Origin: Macrostomum lignano | Taxonomy: Eukaryota | NCBI GenBank assembly: GCA_002269645.1 | Contig: NIVC01003723.1 | Span: forward strand, 1 to 64,000 | Reading direction: 5' to 3' | Length of the DNA stretch: 64,000 nucleotides | Made by a program: the position numbers and the translations under genes | Notes under the pieces: generated by a model | What the model saw: only the letters and a program-made list of their open reading frames with translations | The model's database searches: none | Told to the model about the DNA's origin: nothing | Shown here: piece after piece, positions 12,501 through 24,150 of the stretch | Position numbering within the stretch: position 1 is the stretch's first letter | Layout of the letters: each line of letters opens with the position of its first letter

Positions 12501-15500
12501 CCTGCATCATTGTGAGAGTCTCCTGCATCATTGTGAGAGAGTCTCCTGCATCATTTTGAGAGTCTCCTGCATCATCGTGAGAGTCTCCTGCATCATTGTG
12601 AGAGAGTCTCCTGCATCATCGTGAGAGTCTCCTGAATCACCGTGAGAGTCTCTCCTCCATCAGTGCGCCCATTTACACAGTCTAAACTCTATATAATTGC
12701 ACTGCAGACAAACTGAGGAAATCTTGGTCACCACAGAGGTTCGCTACGCCGGCCAGCCGCTGGCCATAGTGCTCGCCAAAAGTCAGCGAGCTGCTGACAG
12801 AGCCGCCGCCCTGGTCACGGTTGACCTTGAACAGACTGGCGAGCCAATCACTAGCGTTGCTGAAGCTGTTGCCAAGGCCTCGGTTGTCATGGAGCCGCCC
12901 GTGGAGACTGTTGGCTCCGAGGATGTGGCGAAAGAGTTGGATAGTCAGCCTTGCCGGATTGAAGGCCAAATCGTTGTTAATGAGCAGGTTGGCTTTTCTC
13001 ATTCTTTTTGGTTTTATAGAGCCTTATAATTGCTAGGAATCGCCATTCACCGGCCTTAGAATCGCCATTCACCAGCCTTAGGAATCGCCTTTCACTAACT
13101 CTTGAAAAATCGCCATTCACCACCTTTAAGAATTTCCATTCACCACTTTAAGAATCGCCATTCACCACTCTAAGAATCGCCATTCACCACTTTAAGAATC
13201 GCCATTCACCACTTTAAGAATCGCCATTCACCACTCTAAGAATCGCCATTCACCACTTTAAGAATTTCCCATTCACCACTCTAAGAATCGCCCAATCACC
13301 TTTCTTAGAATCGCCCATTCACCACTTTAAGAATCGCCATTCACCACTCTAAGAATCGCCCAATCACCTTTCTTAGAATCGCCCATTCACCACTTTAAGA
13401 ATCGCCATTCACCACTCTAAGAATCACCATTCACAACTCTAAGAATCGCCATTCACCACATTTAAAAATCCCCATTTACCACCTCTAAGAATTGCCATTC
13501 ACTACCTTTAAGAATTGCCATTCACCACCTTAAGAAACACCATTGACTAACCTAAAAAATCGCCATTTACCACCCTAAGAATCGCCATTCACATTCCTGA
13601 GGATAGCTCGTTCACCATCTTAAGAATCGTCCATTCACCACCTCTAAGAATCGCCATTTACTACCTTCAGAATAAGAATCGCCATTCACCATCCTAAGAA
13701 TCGTTATTCACCATCCTAAGAATCGCGATTCAACACCTTAAGAATCGCCGTTCACTACAACGTGAAGCCACTCTATGGCCCAACCATTCCCAAACCGCAG
13801 GCGCACTTCTTCATGGAGTCCCTGACCGCCAGCGTGACGCCATGCGAGGAGGGCCTGCTGATCTCGGTGCCGCACCAGTGGGCGGACGCCCTGGTCATGA
13901 CCCTTCGCCGCGTGCTCCGCCGTCCGGCCAACGAGCTCCGAGTTGTGACACCCCGAATCGGCGGCGGGTTCGGTGGCAAGCTGATCATGTCGGATCTGAT
14001 CGCCTGCGCCACCTGTGTCGCCGCCGACATTGCCCAGCAACCGGTGCGGATGTACCTGACTCTGGCCTCCAACATGCAGCTGGCGATGAAGCGGCCCGGC
14101 ATGCTGCTGCGATACAAGGGCGCCGTCAATGCTGAGGGCAAACTTAGGGCGGCTGACTGGGAGATCAATAATGAAGTTGGCTATACCGTTAATATGCAGG
14201 TGAACATTGGGGATTTTTAACTTGAGATTTAAGCAGTTTTGAACTCCATCAATTCATTTTAGGATTCCGATTCCATGAAGTTTTTGGGATTTCAGATCCC
14301 ATAATGTTTTTGAGATTTCAGATTCCATACTGTTTTTGAGATTTCAGATTCCATAATGTTTTTGGGATTTCAGATTCCATAATGTTTTTGGGATTTCAGA
14401 TTCCATAATGTTTTTTGGATTTCAAATCCCATGAAGTTTTTGGGATTTCAGATCCCATGAAATTTTTGTGATTTAAGTTTCCATGGAGTATCTGGGATTT
14501 CAGATCCCATGAAGTTTTTGGGATTTCCCATTCCATGAAGTTTTTGGGATTTTAGATCCCATGAAGTTGTTGGGATTTCAGATCCCATTGAAGTTTTTGG
14601 GATTTCAGATCCCATGAAGTCGTTGGGATTTCAGATCCCATTGAAGTTTTTGGGATTTCAGATCCCATGAAGTCGTTGGGATTTCAGATCCAATGAAGTC
14701 GTTGGGATTTCAGATCCCATGAAGTCGTTGGCATTTCCGATCCCATGAAGTCGTTGGGATTTCCGATCCCATGAAGTTTTTGGGATTTGCGCTGCCGTGC
14801 AATTGTTATTCTAAGAAATCTATAAACTCCGATCCCATCGTTGTGGGGATTTAAATATCTAAGGATCTTATAAGAGATTATTAGTCTTTTAAACTATTCT
14901 CGAAGCAAGCTCCCACCCCTTAAAATTCTCCCCAGACCATGATCGCAGACGAGCTCAAGCACACCTTGGACATGGGGCTACCGGTGCCCAAACTACTCCT
15001 TTCGCATCCGTCACATGCGCACGGACAAACCCGAGAGCACGTTTGTTCGCGGCCCGGGACCGGCTGTGAGCTCTCTAGCCAACCTGCTGCTCATGGACCA
15101 CCTGGCATTCGAGGCCGGCATGGACCCCATTGAGTTCAAGTTCAACAATCTCTACAAGGATGGAGACGTAATGTTGCCTTGGTTGCTCATTAATTACCAG
15201 GCTTAGTCTAGGAACAAAGGATCAGTGATTCTGGGATTGGGATCAGTGATTCTCAGATTGGGATCAGTGATTCTCAGATTGGGATCAGTGATTCTCAGAT
15301 TGGGATCAGTGATTCTCAGATAATGATTAGGGATTTTGAGATTGGGATCAGTGATTCTCAGATTGGGATCAGTGATTCTCAGATTGGAATCAGTGATTCT
15401 CAGATTGGAATCAGTGATTCTCAGATTGGAATCAGTGATTCTCAGATTGGAATCAGTGATTGTGAGATTGGGATCAGTGATTGTGAGATTGGGATCAGTG

Positions 15501-18500
15501 ATTCTCAGAATGGGATCAGTGATTGTGAGATTGGGATCAGTAATTCTGAGATTGGGATCAGTGATTCTCAGATTGGGATTAGTGATTCTCAGATTGGGAT
15601 CAGTGATTCTCAGATAATGATTAGGGATTTTGAGATTGGGATCAGTGATTCTCAGATTGGGATCAGAGATTCTCAGATTGGGATCAGTGATTCTCAGATT
15701 GGAATCAGTGATTCTCAGATTGAAATCAGTGATTGTGAGATTGGGATCAGTGATTGTGAGATTGGGATCAGTGATTCTCAGAATGGGATCAGTGATTGTG
15801 AGATTGGGATCAGTGATTCTCAGATTGGGATCAGTGATTCTCAGATTGGGATTAGTGATTCTCAGATTGGGATCAGTGATTCTCAGATAATGATTAAGGA
15901 TTTTGAGATTGGGATCAGTGATTCTCAGATTGGGATCAGAGATTCTCAGATTGGGATAAGTGATTCTCAGATTGGAATCAGTGATTGTGAGATTGGGATC
16001 AGTGATTGTGAGATTGGGATCAGTGATTCTCAGAATGGGATCAGTGATTGTGAGATTGGGATCAGTAATTCTGAGATTGGGATCAGTGATTCTCAGATTG
16101 GGATTAGTGATTCTCAGATTGGGATCAGTGATTCTCAGATAATGATTAGGGATTTTGAGATTGGGATCAGTGATTCTCAGATTGGGATCAGAGATTCTCA
16201 GATTGGGATCAGTGATTCTCAGATTGGAATCAGTGATTCTCAGATTGAAATCAGTGATTGTGAGATTGGGATCAGTGATTGTGAGATTGGGATCAGTGAT
16301 TCTCAGAATGGGATCAGTGATTGTGAGATTGGGATCAGTGATTCTCAGATTGGGATCAGTGATTCTCAGATTGGGATTAGTGATTCTCAGATTGGGATCA
16401 GTGATTCTCAGATAATGATTAAGGATTTTGAGATTGGGATCAGTGATTCACAGATTGGGATCAGAGATTCTCAGATTGGGATAAGTGATTCTCAGATTGG
16501 AATCAGTGATTGTGAGATTGGGATCAGTGATTGTGAGATTGGGATCAGTGATTCTCAGAATGGGATCAGTGATTGTGAGATTGGGATCAGTGATTCTCAG
16601 ATCGGGATCAGAGAATAACTCTTAAGACACAAAATCAACGAAACTACTAATCTGAAAACTTCTAAACCAAAAGCTTACTAATCTTGCCTTCCAGTTCGAC
16701 ATCCTGGGCAACAAACGGGAGGGCGACAATTTCCAGCGGATGTGGAGCGAGCTGCTGCAGCTGGCCGATATTGAAGCCAGGCGAAAGGAAATTGAAGAAT
16801 TTAATAAGGTGAAAGAGCTGGTGTTGTGTCTATTGTTGGGTATTATCTATTCTGTGTCTATTGTTGTTTATCTGTTGTTGCACTCCTTTTATACCGAATG
16901 CCACTTCTATTATACAGAATGTCACTCCAGTTATACAGAATGTCACTCCTGTTATAAATAATGTCACTCCTGTTATACAAATGTCACTCCTGTTGTAAGT
17001 AATATCACTCCTGTTGTACAGAATATCACTCCTATTATACAAAATGTCACTCCTGTTATACAGAATGTCACTCCTGTTATACAGAATGTCACTCCTATTA
17101 TACAGAATGTCACTCCTATTATACAGAATGCCACTACTGTTATACAGAATGTCACTCCAGTTATACAGAATGTCACTCCTGTTATACAGAATGTCACTCC
17201 TGTTATACAGAATGTCACTCCTGTTATACAGAATGTCACTCCTATTATACAGAATGTCACTCCTATTATACAGAATGCCACTACTGTTATACAGAATGTC
17301 ACTCCAGTTATACAGAATGTCACTCCTGTTATACAGAATGTCACTCCTGTTATACAGAATGTCACTCCTGTTATACAGAATGCCACTACTGTTATACAGA
17401 ATGTCACTCCTGTTGTACAGAATGTCACTCCTTGCTCACCCCAGGCCAACACATTTCGCAAGCGCGGCCTGGACATGACTGCTGTGTCCTATCAGATCGG
17501 CTACGATCGCGGGCGGCCCTCGCAGGTGTACCTGACTGTCCAGGGCTCCGACGGCAGCGTCACCCTGACCCACAGCGGTGCCGAGATGGGTCAGGGCCTC
17601 GGGGTCAAGTGCGCCCAAGCTGTAGCCGCCAAGCTCAATATCGACCTGACTCTGATCAAACTCAAGCCCACGGATAGTCACGTGACGCCTAATAATGACG
17701 TCACCGGGGGCAGCTCGACTAGCGAGTGGAACTGCCAGGCAGCGGTGAACGCCGCGGAGCAGATCAACCAGCGGCTGGAGACGCTCAGGGCTGCCAATCC
17801 ACAGGACTCTTGGCCGGCTCTGGTGGGCAAGGCTGTGTCCGCCGGGATCTGCTTGGCCGCAATGGGAGTGTGAGGATTTTGGGGTTGGGATTTTAGATTG
17901 TGGGATTGGGATTTTAGATTGTGGGATTGGGATTCTAAATTGTGGGATTGGGATTCTAGATTGTGGGATTGGGATTCTAGATTGTGGGATTGGGATTCTA
18001 GATTGTGGGATTGGGATTTTAGATTGTGGGATTGGGATTTTAGATTGTGGGATTGGGATTTTAGATTGTGGGATTGGGATTCTAAATTGTGGGATTGGGA
18101 TTCTAGATTGTGGGATTGGGATTCTAGATTGTGGGATTGGGATTCTAGATTGTGGGGTTGGGATTTTAGATTGTGGGATTGGGATTCTAGATTTTAGGAT
18201 TGGGATTCTAGATTTTAGGATTGGGATTCTAGATTTTAGGATTGGGATTCTAGATTTTAGGATTGGGATTCTAGATTTTAGGATTGGGATTCTAGATTTT
18301 AGGATTGGGATTCTAGATTTTAGGATTGGGATTCTAGATTTTAGGATTAGGATTCTAGATTTTGGGGTTGGAATTTCAAATTGTGGGATTGGGACTTTAG
18401 ACTTTGGTTCGGAATTTTAGATTGTGGGATTGGGATTCCACAATCTCAATTCTATATAGAGATTTTATATCACCTAGCTTAATGGAGTCAACTGGTTCAG

Positions 18501-19457
18501 AGATGTTGAACTTGAAATCTCAAACCAACCCTGTCGCAGGTTCACGGCAGACAACGCCGGTCGCAAGGCCGGTCGCTACTGCAGCACCGGGGTCGGCGCC
18601 GTGGAAGCCGAGGTCGACGTCCTCACGGGCCTCTACGAGATCCGCCGAGTGGACATCACCATGGACGTGGGCCGGTCCATCAACCCAGGGGTGGACATTG
18701 GCCAGATTGAAGGCGCCTTCGTCATGGGCATGGGCTACTACCTGATGGAGCGGACCGTCTATGATGCCGATTCTGGGCGGAACCTCACCGACTCCACCTG
18801 GGAGTACAAGGTGCCGCAGGCGGCCGATACGCCTAGGGATTTCCGGGTGCACATTTTGAAGGTGAATAGGCTTGTGCTGTGTCGGGATTTCTATATCTTA
18901 TTCCAAAACTCCAAGATCCCCAATCTCAAAACGCAGAGATCTTCCGATTCCAAAAGTGAAATATCCCAAATCCCAAAAATGAAATATCCCAAATCCCAAA
19001 ACTCAAAGATCCCCAATCAACCAATCAACTGAAAGATCCTAAATCCCCAAACTGAAATATCCTAATCCAAAAACTCAAAAATCCCCAATCACAAAACTGA
19101 AATATCCCCAATCCTGAAGCTCAAAGATCCCCAATCCCGAAACTCAAAGATCCCAATCTCAAAACTAAACCAAAACTGAAATATCCCCAATCCCAAGACT
19201 CAGATCCCACCCACCAATGCTTTCCCCAGAGCACCAGCAACCCGGCAGCCGCCATGAGCACGAAGGCCATCGGCGAGCCGCCGATCTGCCTGGCGCCGTT
19301 GTGCGTCACAGCCATCAAGCGCGCCGTGGAGGCCTATCGTGAGGCCCGGGGCAAGCCGAGGCGCCATCTGACGTTCGACATGCCGCTGACGCCCGAGCGG
19401 GTGCTCATGCTGTGCGAGACCTCCGAGCAGGACCGACTCGTGGCTCGAGAAACCTGA
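3507..19457 (+). CDS. Aldehyde oxidase/xanthine dehydrogenase family molybdoflavoenzyme (invertebrate AOX-like), about 1296 aa, 16 exons, two apparent 1-nt frameshifts
   Basis: Exons 3507-3564, 3647-3816, 5771-6091, 6886-7143, 7927-8345, 9207-9317, 9397-9463, 10104-10495, 11433-11527, 12708-12987, 13801-14199, 14936-15167, 16695-16808, 17445-17869, 18540-18861, 19230-19457. Motifs: 2Fe-2S CREAGCGCCTV and QCGYCSPG...CRCTGY; FAD domain LVFGNTSSG and FKITPRALNAHAYLNAAF; Moco domain RIGGGFGGK, EMGQG, GQIEGAF and KAIGEPP (catalytic Glu). Frame changes are needed at about 8265 and about 14975. Confidence 0.93.
4005..5700 (+). repeat. 23-bp minisatellite, AOX intron 2
   Basis: Unit GAACTACTSGAATAGAAGTCCTT; a block of about 647 bp is duplicated (4321/4968). 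Confidence 0.92.
6170..6680 (+). repeat. 21-bp minisatellite, AOX intron 3
   Basis: Unit CCCAGATCCCAACCTCTTGAT. Confidence 0.9.
7230..7810 (+). repeat. Degenerate AAATTCCCCATTCCC minisatellite, AOX intron 4
   Basis: Recurring ATTCCC and AAATTTCCTC motifs. Confidence 0.8.
8400..9180 (+). repeat. 15-bp minisatellite, AOX intron 5
   Basis: Unit AAGATCCCCATTCTA. Confidence 0.9.
9550..10085 (+). repeat. (CACT)n microsatellite, AOX intron 7
   Basis: Pure TCAC tetramer run ending about 15 nt before the acceptor at 10103. Confidence 0.95.
10680..11340 (+). repeat. 45-bp minisatellite, AOX intron 8
   Basis: Unit CCCTGGGGTAGAGGTCTCTAGATGAGGGATAGCGGGCACTGAACA; very homogeneous, no spacers. Confidence 0.92.
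11590..12660 (+). repeat. 21-23 bp minisatellite, AOX intron 9
   Basis: Unit GTGAGAGTCTCCTGCATCATT. Confidence 0.92.
13035..13750 (+). repeat. 22-bp minisatellite, AOX intron 10
   Basis: Unit TAAGAATCGCCATTCACCACTT. Confidence 0.9.
14230..14790 (+). repeat. 26-27 bp minisatellite, AOX intron 11
   Basis: Unit GGGATTTCAGATCCCATGAAGTTTTT with an internal GGGAT/ATCCC inverted repeat. Confidence 0.88.
15215..16615 (+). repeat. 21-bp minisatellite with a 525-bp higher-order period, AOX intron 12
   Basis: Unit GATTGGGATCAGTGATTCTCA; the variant pattern recurs at 15630/16155. Confidence 0.92.
16880..17432 (+). repeat. 21-bp minisatellite, AOX intron 13
   Basis: Unit ATACAGAATGTCACTCCTGTT. Confidence 0.92.
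17875..18440 (+). repeat. 21-bp minisatellite, AOX intron 14
   Basis: Unit TTGTGGGATTGGGATTCTAGA. Confidence 0.92.
18900..19205 (+). repeat. Degenerate ATCCCAAA minisatellite, AOX intron 15
   Basis: Related to the array at 27355-27700 (AATCCCAAAACTCAAAGATCCC). Confidence 0.75.
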
Positions 19458-19464
19458 TTGATTT

Positions 19465-19690
19465 GATTTGACAACTGATCCTGACATACTGACAACTGAT
19501 CCTGACATACTGACAACTGATCCTGACACTACTGACAACTGATCCTGACACTTCTGACAACTGATCCTGACACTTCTGACAACTGATCCTGATATACTGA
19601 CAACTGATCCTGACATGCTGACAACTGATCCTGACATGCTGACAACTGATCCTGACACTACTGACAACTGATCCTGACAAATCCCTATTC
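19465..19690 (+). repeat. 21-bp minisatellite immediately 3' of the AOX stop codon
   Basis: Unit CTGACAACTGATCCTGACATA. Confidence 0.9.
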
Positions 19691-20059
19691 CTGACATTAG
19701 TTTTCTTCATACCATTTATTCTGGTGACCGGTTTTCTCGCAACTTCGATGCTTTTCTTTAAATTAGAAATATTTACAATAGTAACTTTATAAATCATAAA
19801 TATCAACATCTAACGAGACCAATGCTAGCGTTCGAGCACGAATTATCTATCTATGAATATTTTAAAAACGTAAGAAATATTTGTTTCTTTATTATTCTGT
19901 TCTGTTACCCTAATTGTTCAAAAAATATACGTTCATAAAAGTCAATACAAGGCTTAATCTACTAAATTCAGATATTCCTTGTCTGACGCGAATTGTACCT
20001 GAAAAAAGTCGCTGTTCGAGGGAACTGGGGACAATTTGACCAGCTAATTTTCATGCACC

Positions 20060-21000
20060 GTGTCTGCTCTGTGTCTATCCGCTGTGTCTCACCCTCTCTC
20101 ACCCTCTATCCGCTGTGTCTCACCCTCTATCCGCTGTGTCTCACCCTCTCTCCGCTGTGTCTCGCCCTCTTATCTGATGCGGCTCACCCTCTATCCGCTG
20201 TGGCTCACCCTCTATCCGCTGTGTCTCACCCTCTATCCGCTGTGTCTCACCCTCTATCCGCTGTGGCTCACCCTCTATCCGCTGTGGCTCACCCTCTATC
20301 CGCTGTGTCTCACCCTCTATCCGCTGTGTCTCACCCTCTATCCGCTGTGGCTCACCCTCTCTCCGCTGTGTCTCACCCTCTATTCACTGTGTCTCACCCT
20401 CTATCCGCTGTGTCTCACCCTCTATTCACTGTGTCTCACCCTCTATCCGCTGTGGCTCACCCTCTATCCGCTGTGTCTCACCCTCTATCCGCTGTGTCTC
20501 ACCCTCTATCCGCTGTGTCTCACCCTCTTATCTGATGTGGCTCACCCTCTATCCGCTGTGTCTCACCCTCTCTCCGCTATGTCTCACCCTCTATCCGCTG
20601 TGTCTCACCCTCTCTCCGCTGTGTCTCACCCTCTATCCGCTGTGTCTCACCCTCTATCCGCTGTGTCTCACCCTCTATCCGCTGTGTCTCACCCTCTATC
20701 AGCTGTGTCTCACCCTCTATCCGTTGTGTCTCACCCCTCTCTCCGCTGTGTCTCACCCTATATCAGCTGTGTCTCACCCCTCTATCAGCTGTGTCTCACC
20801 CTCCTATCTGATGTGGCTCACCTTCTATCCGCTGTGTCTCACCCTCTATCCGCTGTGTCTCACCCTCTATCCGCTGTGTCTCACCCTCTATCCGCTGTGT
20901 CTCACCCTCTATCCGCTGTGTCTCACCTTCTATCCGCTGTGTCTCACCCTCTATCCGCTGTCTCACCCTCTATCCGCTGTGTCTCACCCTCTATCCGCTG
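20060..21000 (+). repeat. 21-bp minisatellite (copy 1)
   Basis: Unit CCGCTGTGTCTCACCCTCTAT; the same family recurs at 26555-26900. Confidence 0.92.
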
Positions 21001-21689
21001 TCTTCCCTACAGTATTGCAAACCGCGTATTTAACAATAAACATTAAAAAGCTTTAATTGTCAAACTTACAATCAGAGTTTTTAATTACCAAAATCTTACA
21101 TGATCGCATTTTTTGAAGCTAGGAATTCGAAAACTAGATACTATATTATTTATATTAACTTCTGCCTATTTAAATAACGGCCTAAAAGATAAAAATTTTG
21201 AGCAGAGACTTACGAGTAATTAATGACGCCAATACAAATTGATGTAATGCGTTTTACATCGTTATTCGTTACTAATTCGTTAGTAGTCATTGTGCTGTCT
21301 TGACCGGGTGCCCTTGAATTTAGTAACGCAATGGTGCAGCTTAAGGATATCCCATTTAAATTACTATAATATATAATGTTACACTATACACCTATTATTT
21401 ACGAGTATATGGGTGATTTCAATATTACTATATGCATCAAATTAAGAATTTTCGCCGATCGGGAGGCGAATCGCAAGTGTAGATGTTTTATTCTGACAAT
21501 GGTAATAATACAAGCTGTACGTGCAGAAACACACAAACCCGTACACATATTGGTGTTACAATAGGAAGCAAGCAATTGAAGTAAGGGTTGTGATGATTAA
21601 AAGTAAAGTCAAAAGCAATATTTAGCATGGGCTCAATGCTGTTGCTATATATAGAATTTTATTTACTTCATTTTTTTACAAAATTTTCT

Positions 21690-24150
21690 ATTGTGGGTTC
21701 ACTATGTAAGAGTGAAGCTGCAGAACAATAGAAAATTGTATTTGAGTACAAATCTGAAGTTGAGAAGCAGCCTGAAATGAAGACCTCCGCGTCGTTGCGG
21801 TAGCCGCGAGCCACCAGGCGGAGTTCTGCAGGCGAGCACGCGGAGGATGGTCGGAATGACCATAGCAGAGAACTCCGTCCTCGACAATTAGAGCATTCCG
21901 GGCCGCTTTGAACGGTCTCTCAGCTGGGGAGCTGCTCGACCATATTTGTTGGTGACGACTCGCTTTGTGACATCCATCAGCAGCCTCTCCCTCTGGGTTT
22001 CGGCCTTGAGCTCCTGCCATGGGATTACAGCCTCTGCTGTCCGGTGGATAACGCTGTCGAGCTGCTGCTCTGCACCCTGGTTCTCGAAGCTGTCACCATT
22101 AAAGTCTAGCCGTTACAGCGCATCGTCATGCGGGATTGACTCGCCCTTCGTGTAGACGATATGGTAGTCGAAAGTCATTAGTTTTATGGCCCACTGAAGC
22201 AGCCTGGCGTTTGCGACTTTCGGCATTTGGCGTCTCGGAGCCAAAGCTGAACTCCAGCGGGCGGTGATCGGTTCTTAGAGTAAATCAAGATCCCAGCAGG
22301 AACAAGGATAACTAAAGTAGTCTTTGAGCATGAATTACTTGGCACGCTTCAGGACCCAGACGACTTGCGAGTGCCTCTCTTGCTATGTTTGAGTAGCGCG
22401 CCCGATCGATGGTGCTCAGTCGCCTGCTGAAATACATTATTGGGTGACCATCTTGTGACGGAATCTGACGAGCGTCGTTTCCTTGCGCTTGTTGTACGGC
22501 TTGATGGAGAATGTCCTTGATCAGCGAGAATGTTGCTTGCGAAGCAGGACCCCCGTTGAACTCAGCTGCTCGGGCGCCCAGCTGATTGAGCGGCTCGACG
22601 ATATCAAAGTAGCTCCTGATGAACCGCTCAAATAATTTCGCGAGTCCTAGGAAAGATTCTAACTGCTTCGTGTCCTTGAGTGGTTTTACCGAGCAGATTT
22701 TCACCACCAGGTCCGGGTCCGGCGTGATTCCGGCGGCGCTAATCTTGTAGCCAAGGAACGAAAGGGGGTGTCAACTTAAGGCTCTAGAATGGAACCCAAA
22801 GAAAGGCTCCAGACCAAACCGACTGGAATCGATAACTGGTCGGACCAGGTGACTAGAATCGCCGAGACATCCCATCCGGGTCCCTTTCCTTGGGGTCCCA
22901 GGGGATAAAGGGGGTAAAATGGGGATCTCTTGTCAACTTAAGGCTCTAGAATGGAACCCAAAGAAAGGCTCCAGACCAAACCGACTGGAATCGATAACTG
23001 GTCGGACCAGGTGACTAGAATCGCCGAGACATCCCATCCGGGTCCCTTTCCTTGGGGTCCCAGGGGATAAAGGGGGTAAAATGGGGATCTCTTGTCAACT
23101 TAAGGCTCTAGAATGGAACCTAAAGAAAGGCTCCAGACCAAACCGACTGGAATCGATAACTGGTCGGACCAGGTGACTAGAATCGCCGAGACATCCCATC
23201 CGGTCTCTTCCTTTGGGTCGTTACGACAGTTGCTAGCTGCACAGTTGGTGTTAGCTCATGGGATGTGCTTTGGTGCCGTAAAAGTAGCGTAGAGACCGCC
23301 TAGAGTTAACGGTGCGGTTGAAAACTTCTGCAAAGAGATGCTGAAGATACGATTATCCGGAACCTGAAGATACGATTATCCGGAACTCCTATGGGAAGCT
23401 CCTCCGTGCTAGTCAGGCAACTACCTCACGTACGAGTGTAAATTCGCTTAGGCAATGACGCTGCAGCTGCAACTCTGGCAGAATGCACTGTAGCAACTCG
23501 TTCATACAGTGTTGCTGTCTTGGTGCACTGCTGCGGATAGCTTCGACAAGTTGATCTACGCTTGCTGGTCCAGTCGCCATAGACGTCATCAGGTTGGTCA
23601 TTGCAGTATTCACTGCCCCACCTCTGACCGGCTGAAAGAGCTGGACTTTGCTGCTGATGCAGTGAAGCAGTGCAACAACAATTGCGTTGCACTGCTGACC
23701 ATGGTTTTGAAGATCAAAGAGTCTTGAAGACTGAGGCTTGGATCGTGAGCTGCTGCTGGCTGACTGAAACTCCTCTTGCTGGCCGCTAGACTGTTGCTCA
23801 GTAGGCTTTCGCTGCTGTGGCAAAGCATTTTCTCTGGCATAAAGAATGGCAACAAGGCCGCGTAGAAGAGCGGAATCAACAAAGCGAAGGCTAACACCAG
23901 ACCTTCGATAGCTATCTTGGTGGTAAGCGTAGCAGCCCAGGAGCTTGAGCACTGCCATTACACGACTTCCAGCTTTTGCAGACGAGTAGCAGCCATGAAA
24001 AAGTTGCAATCCTGGATCTCTAAAACCAAAGCGATTTTCCGCTGCTGTGTCACACACTCTGAGAATCACGCGGTAGGATTCCGAATTGTGGCGCTAGAAA
24101 ACGACAGCTAGAAAAATCCAAGACGGATGCCACCAGTAGTAATTAAAAAT
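21690..24150 (-). mobile_element. Degenerate, internally deleted Ty3/gypsy LTR retrotransposon (gag, RT end, RNase H, integrase Zn-region fragments)
   Basis: Minus strand: PBS-like TGGTGGCA (24135-24128); gag-like LEIQDCNFFMAATRLQKL; RT C-terminus LSFLGYKISAAGITPDP; RNase H HPIMYFSRRLS...YSNIAREALA and QWAIKLMTFDYHIVYTKGESIPHDDAL*RL; then LIVEDGVLCYG. Contains stops and frameshifts. Confidence 0.85.
22769..23229 (+). repeat. 162-bp tandem repeat (about 2.7 copies) with LTR-like TGTC...GACA termini
   Basis: Units start at 22770, 22932 and 23094 (GTCAACTTAAGGCTCTAGAATGG...). The block begins TGTCAAC and ends GTTACGACA, and lies between the gag and RT fragments. Confidence 0.8.

Noticed and set aside
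22770-23210. Hammerhead ribozyme/retrozyme in the 162-bp structured repeat
   Set aside because: No CUGANGA core with a downstream GAAA on either strand of the unit.
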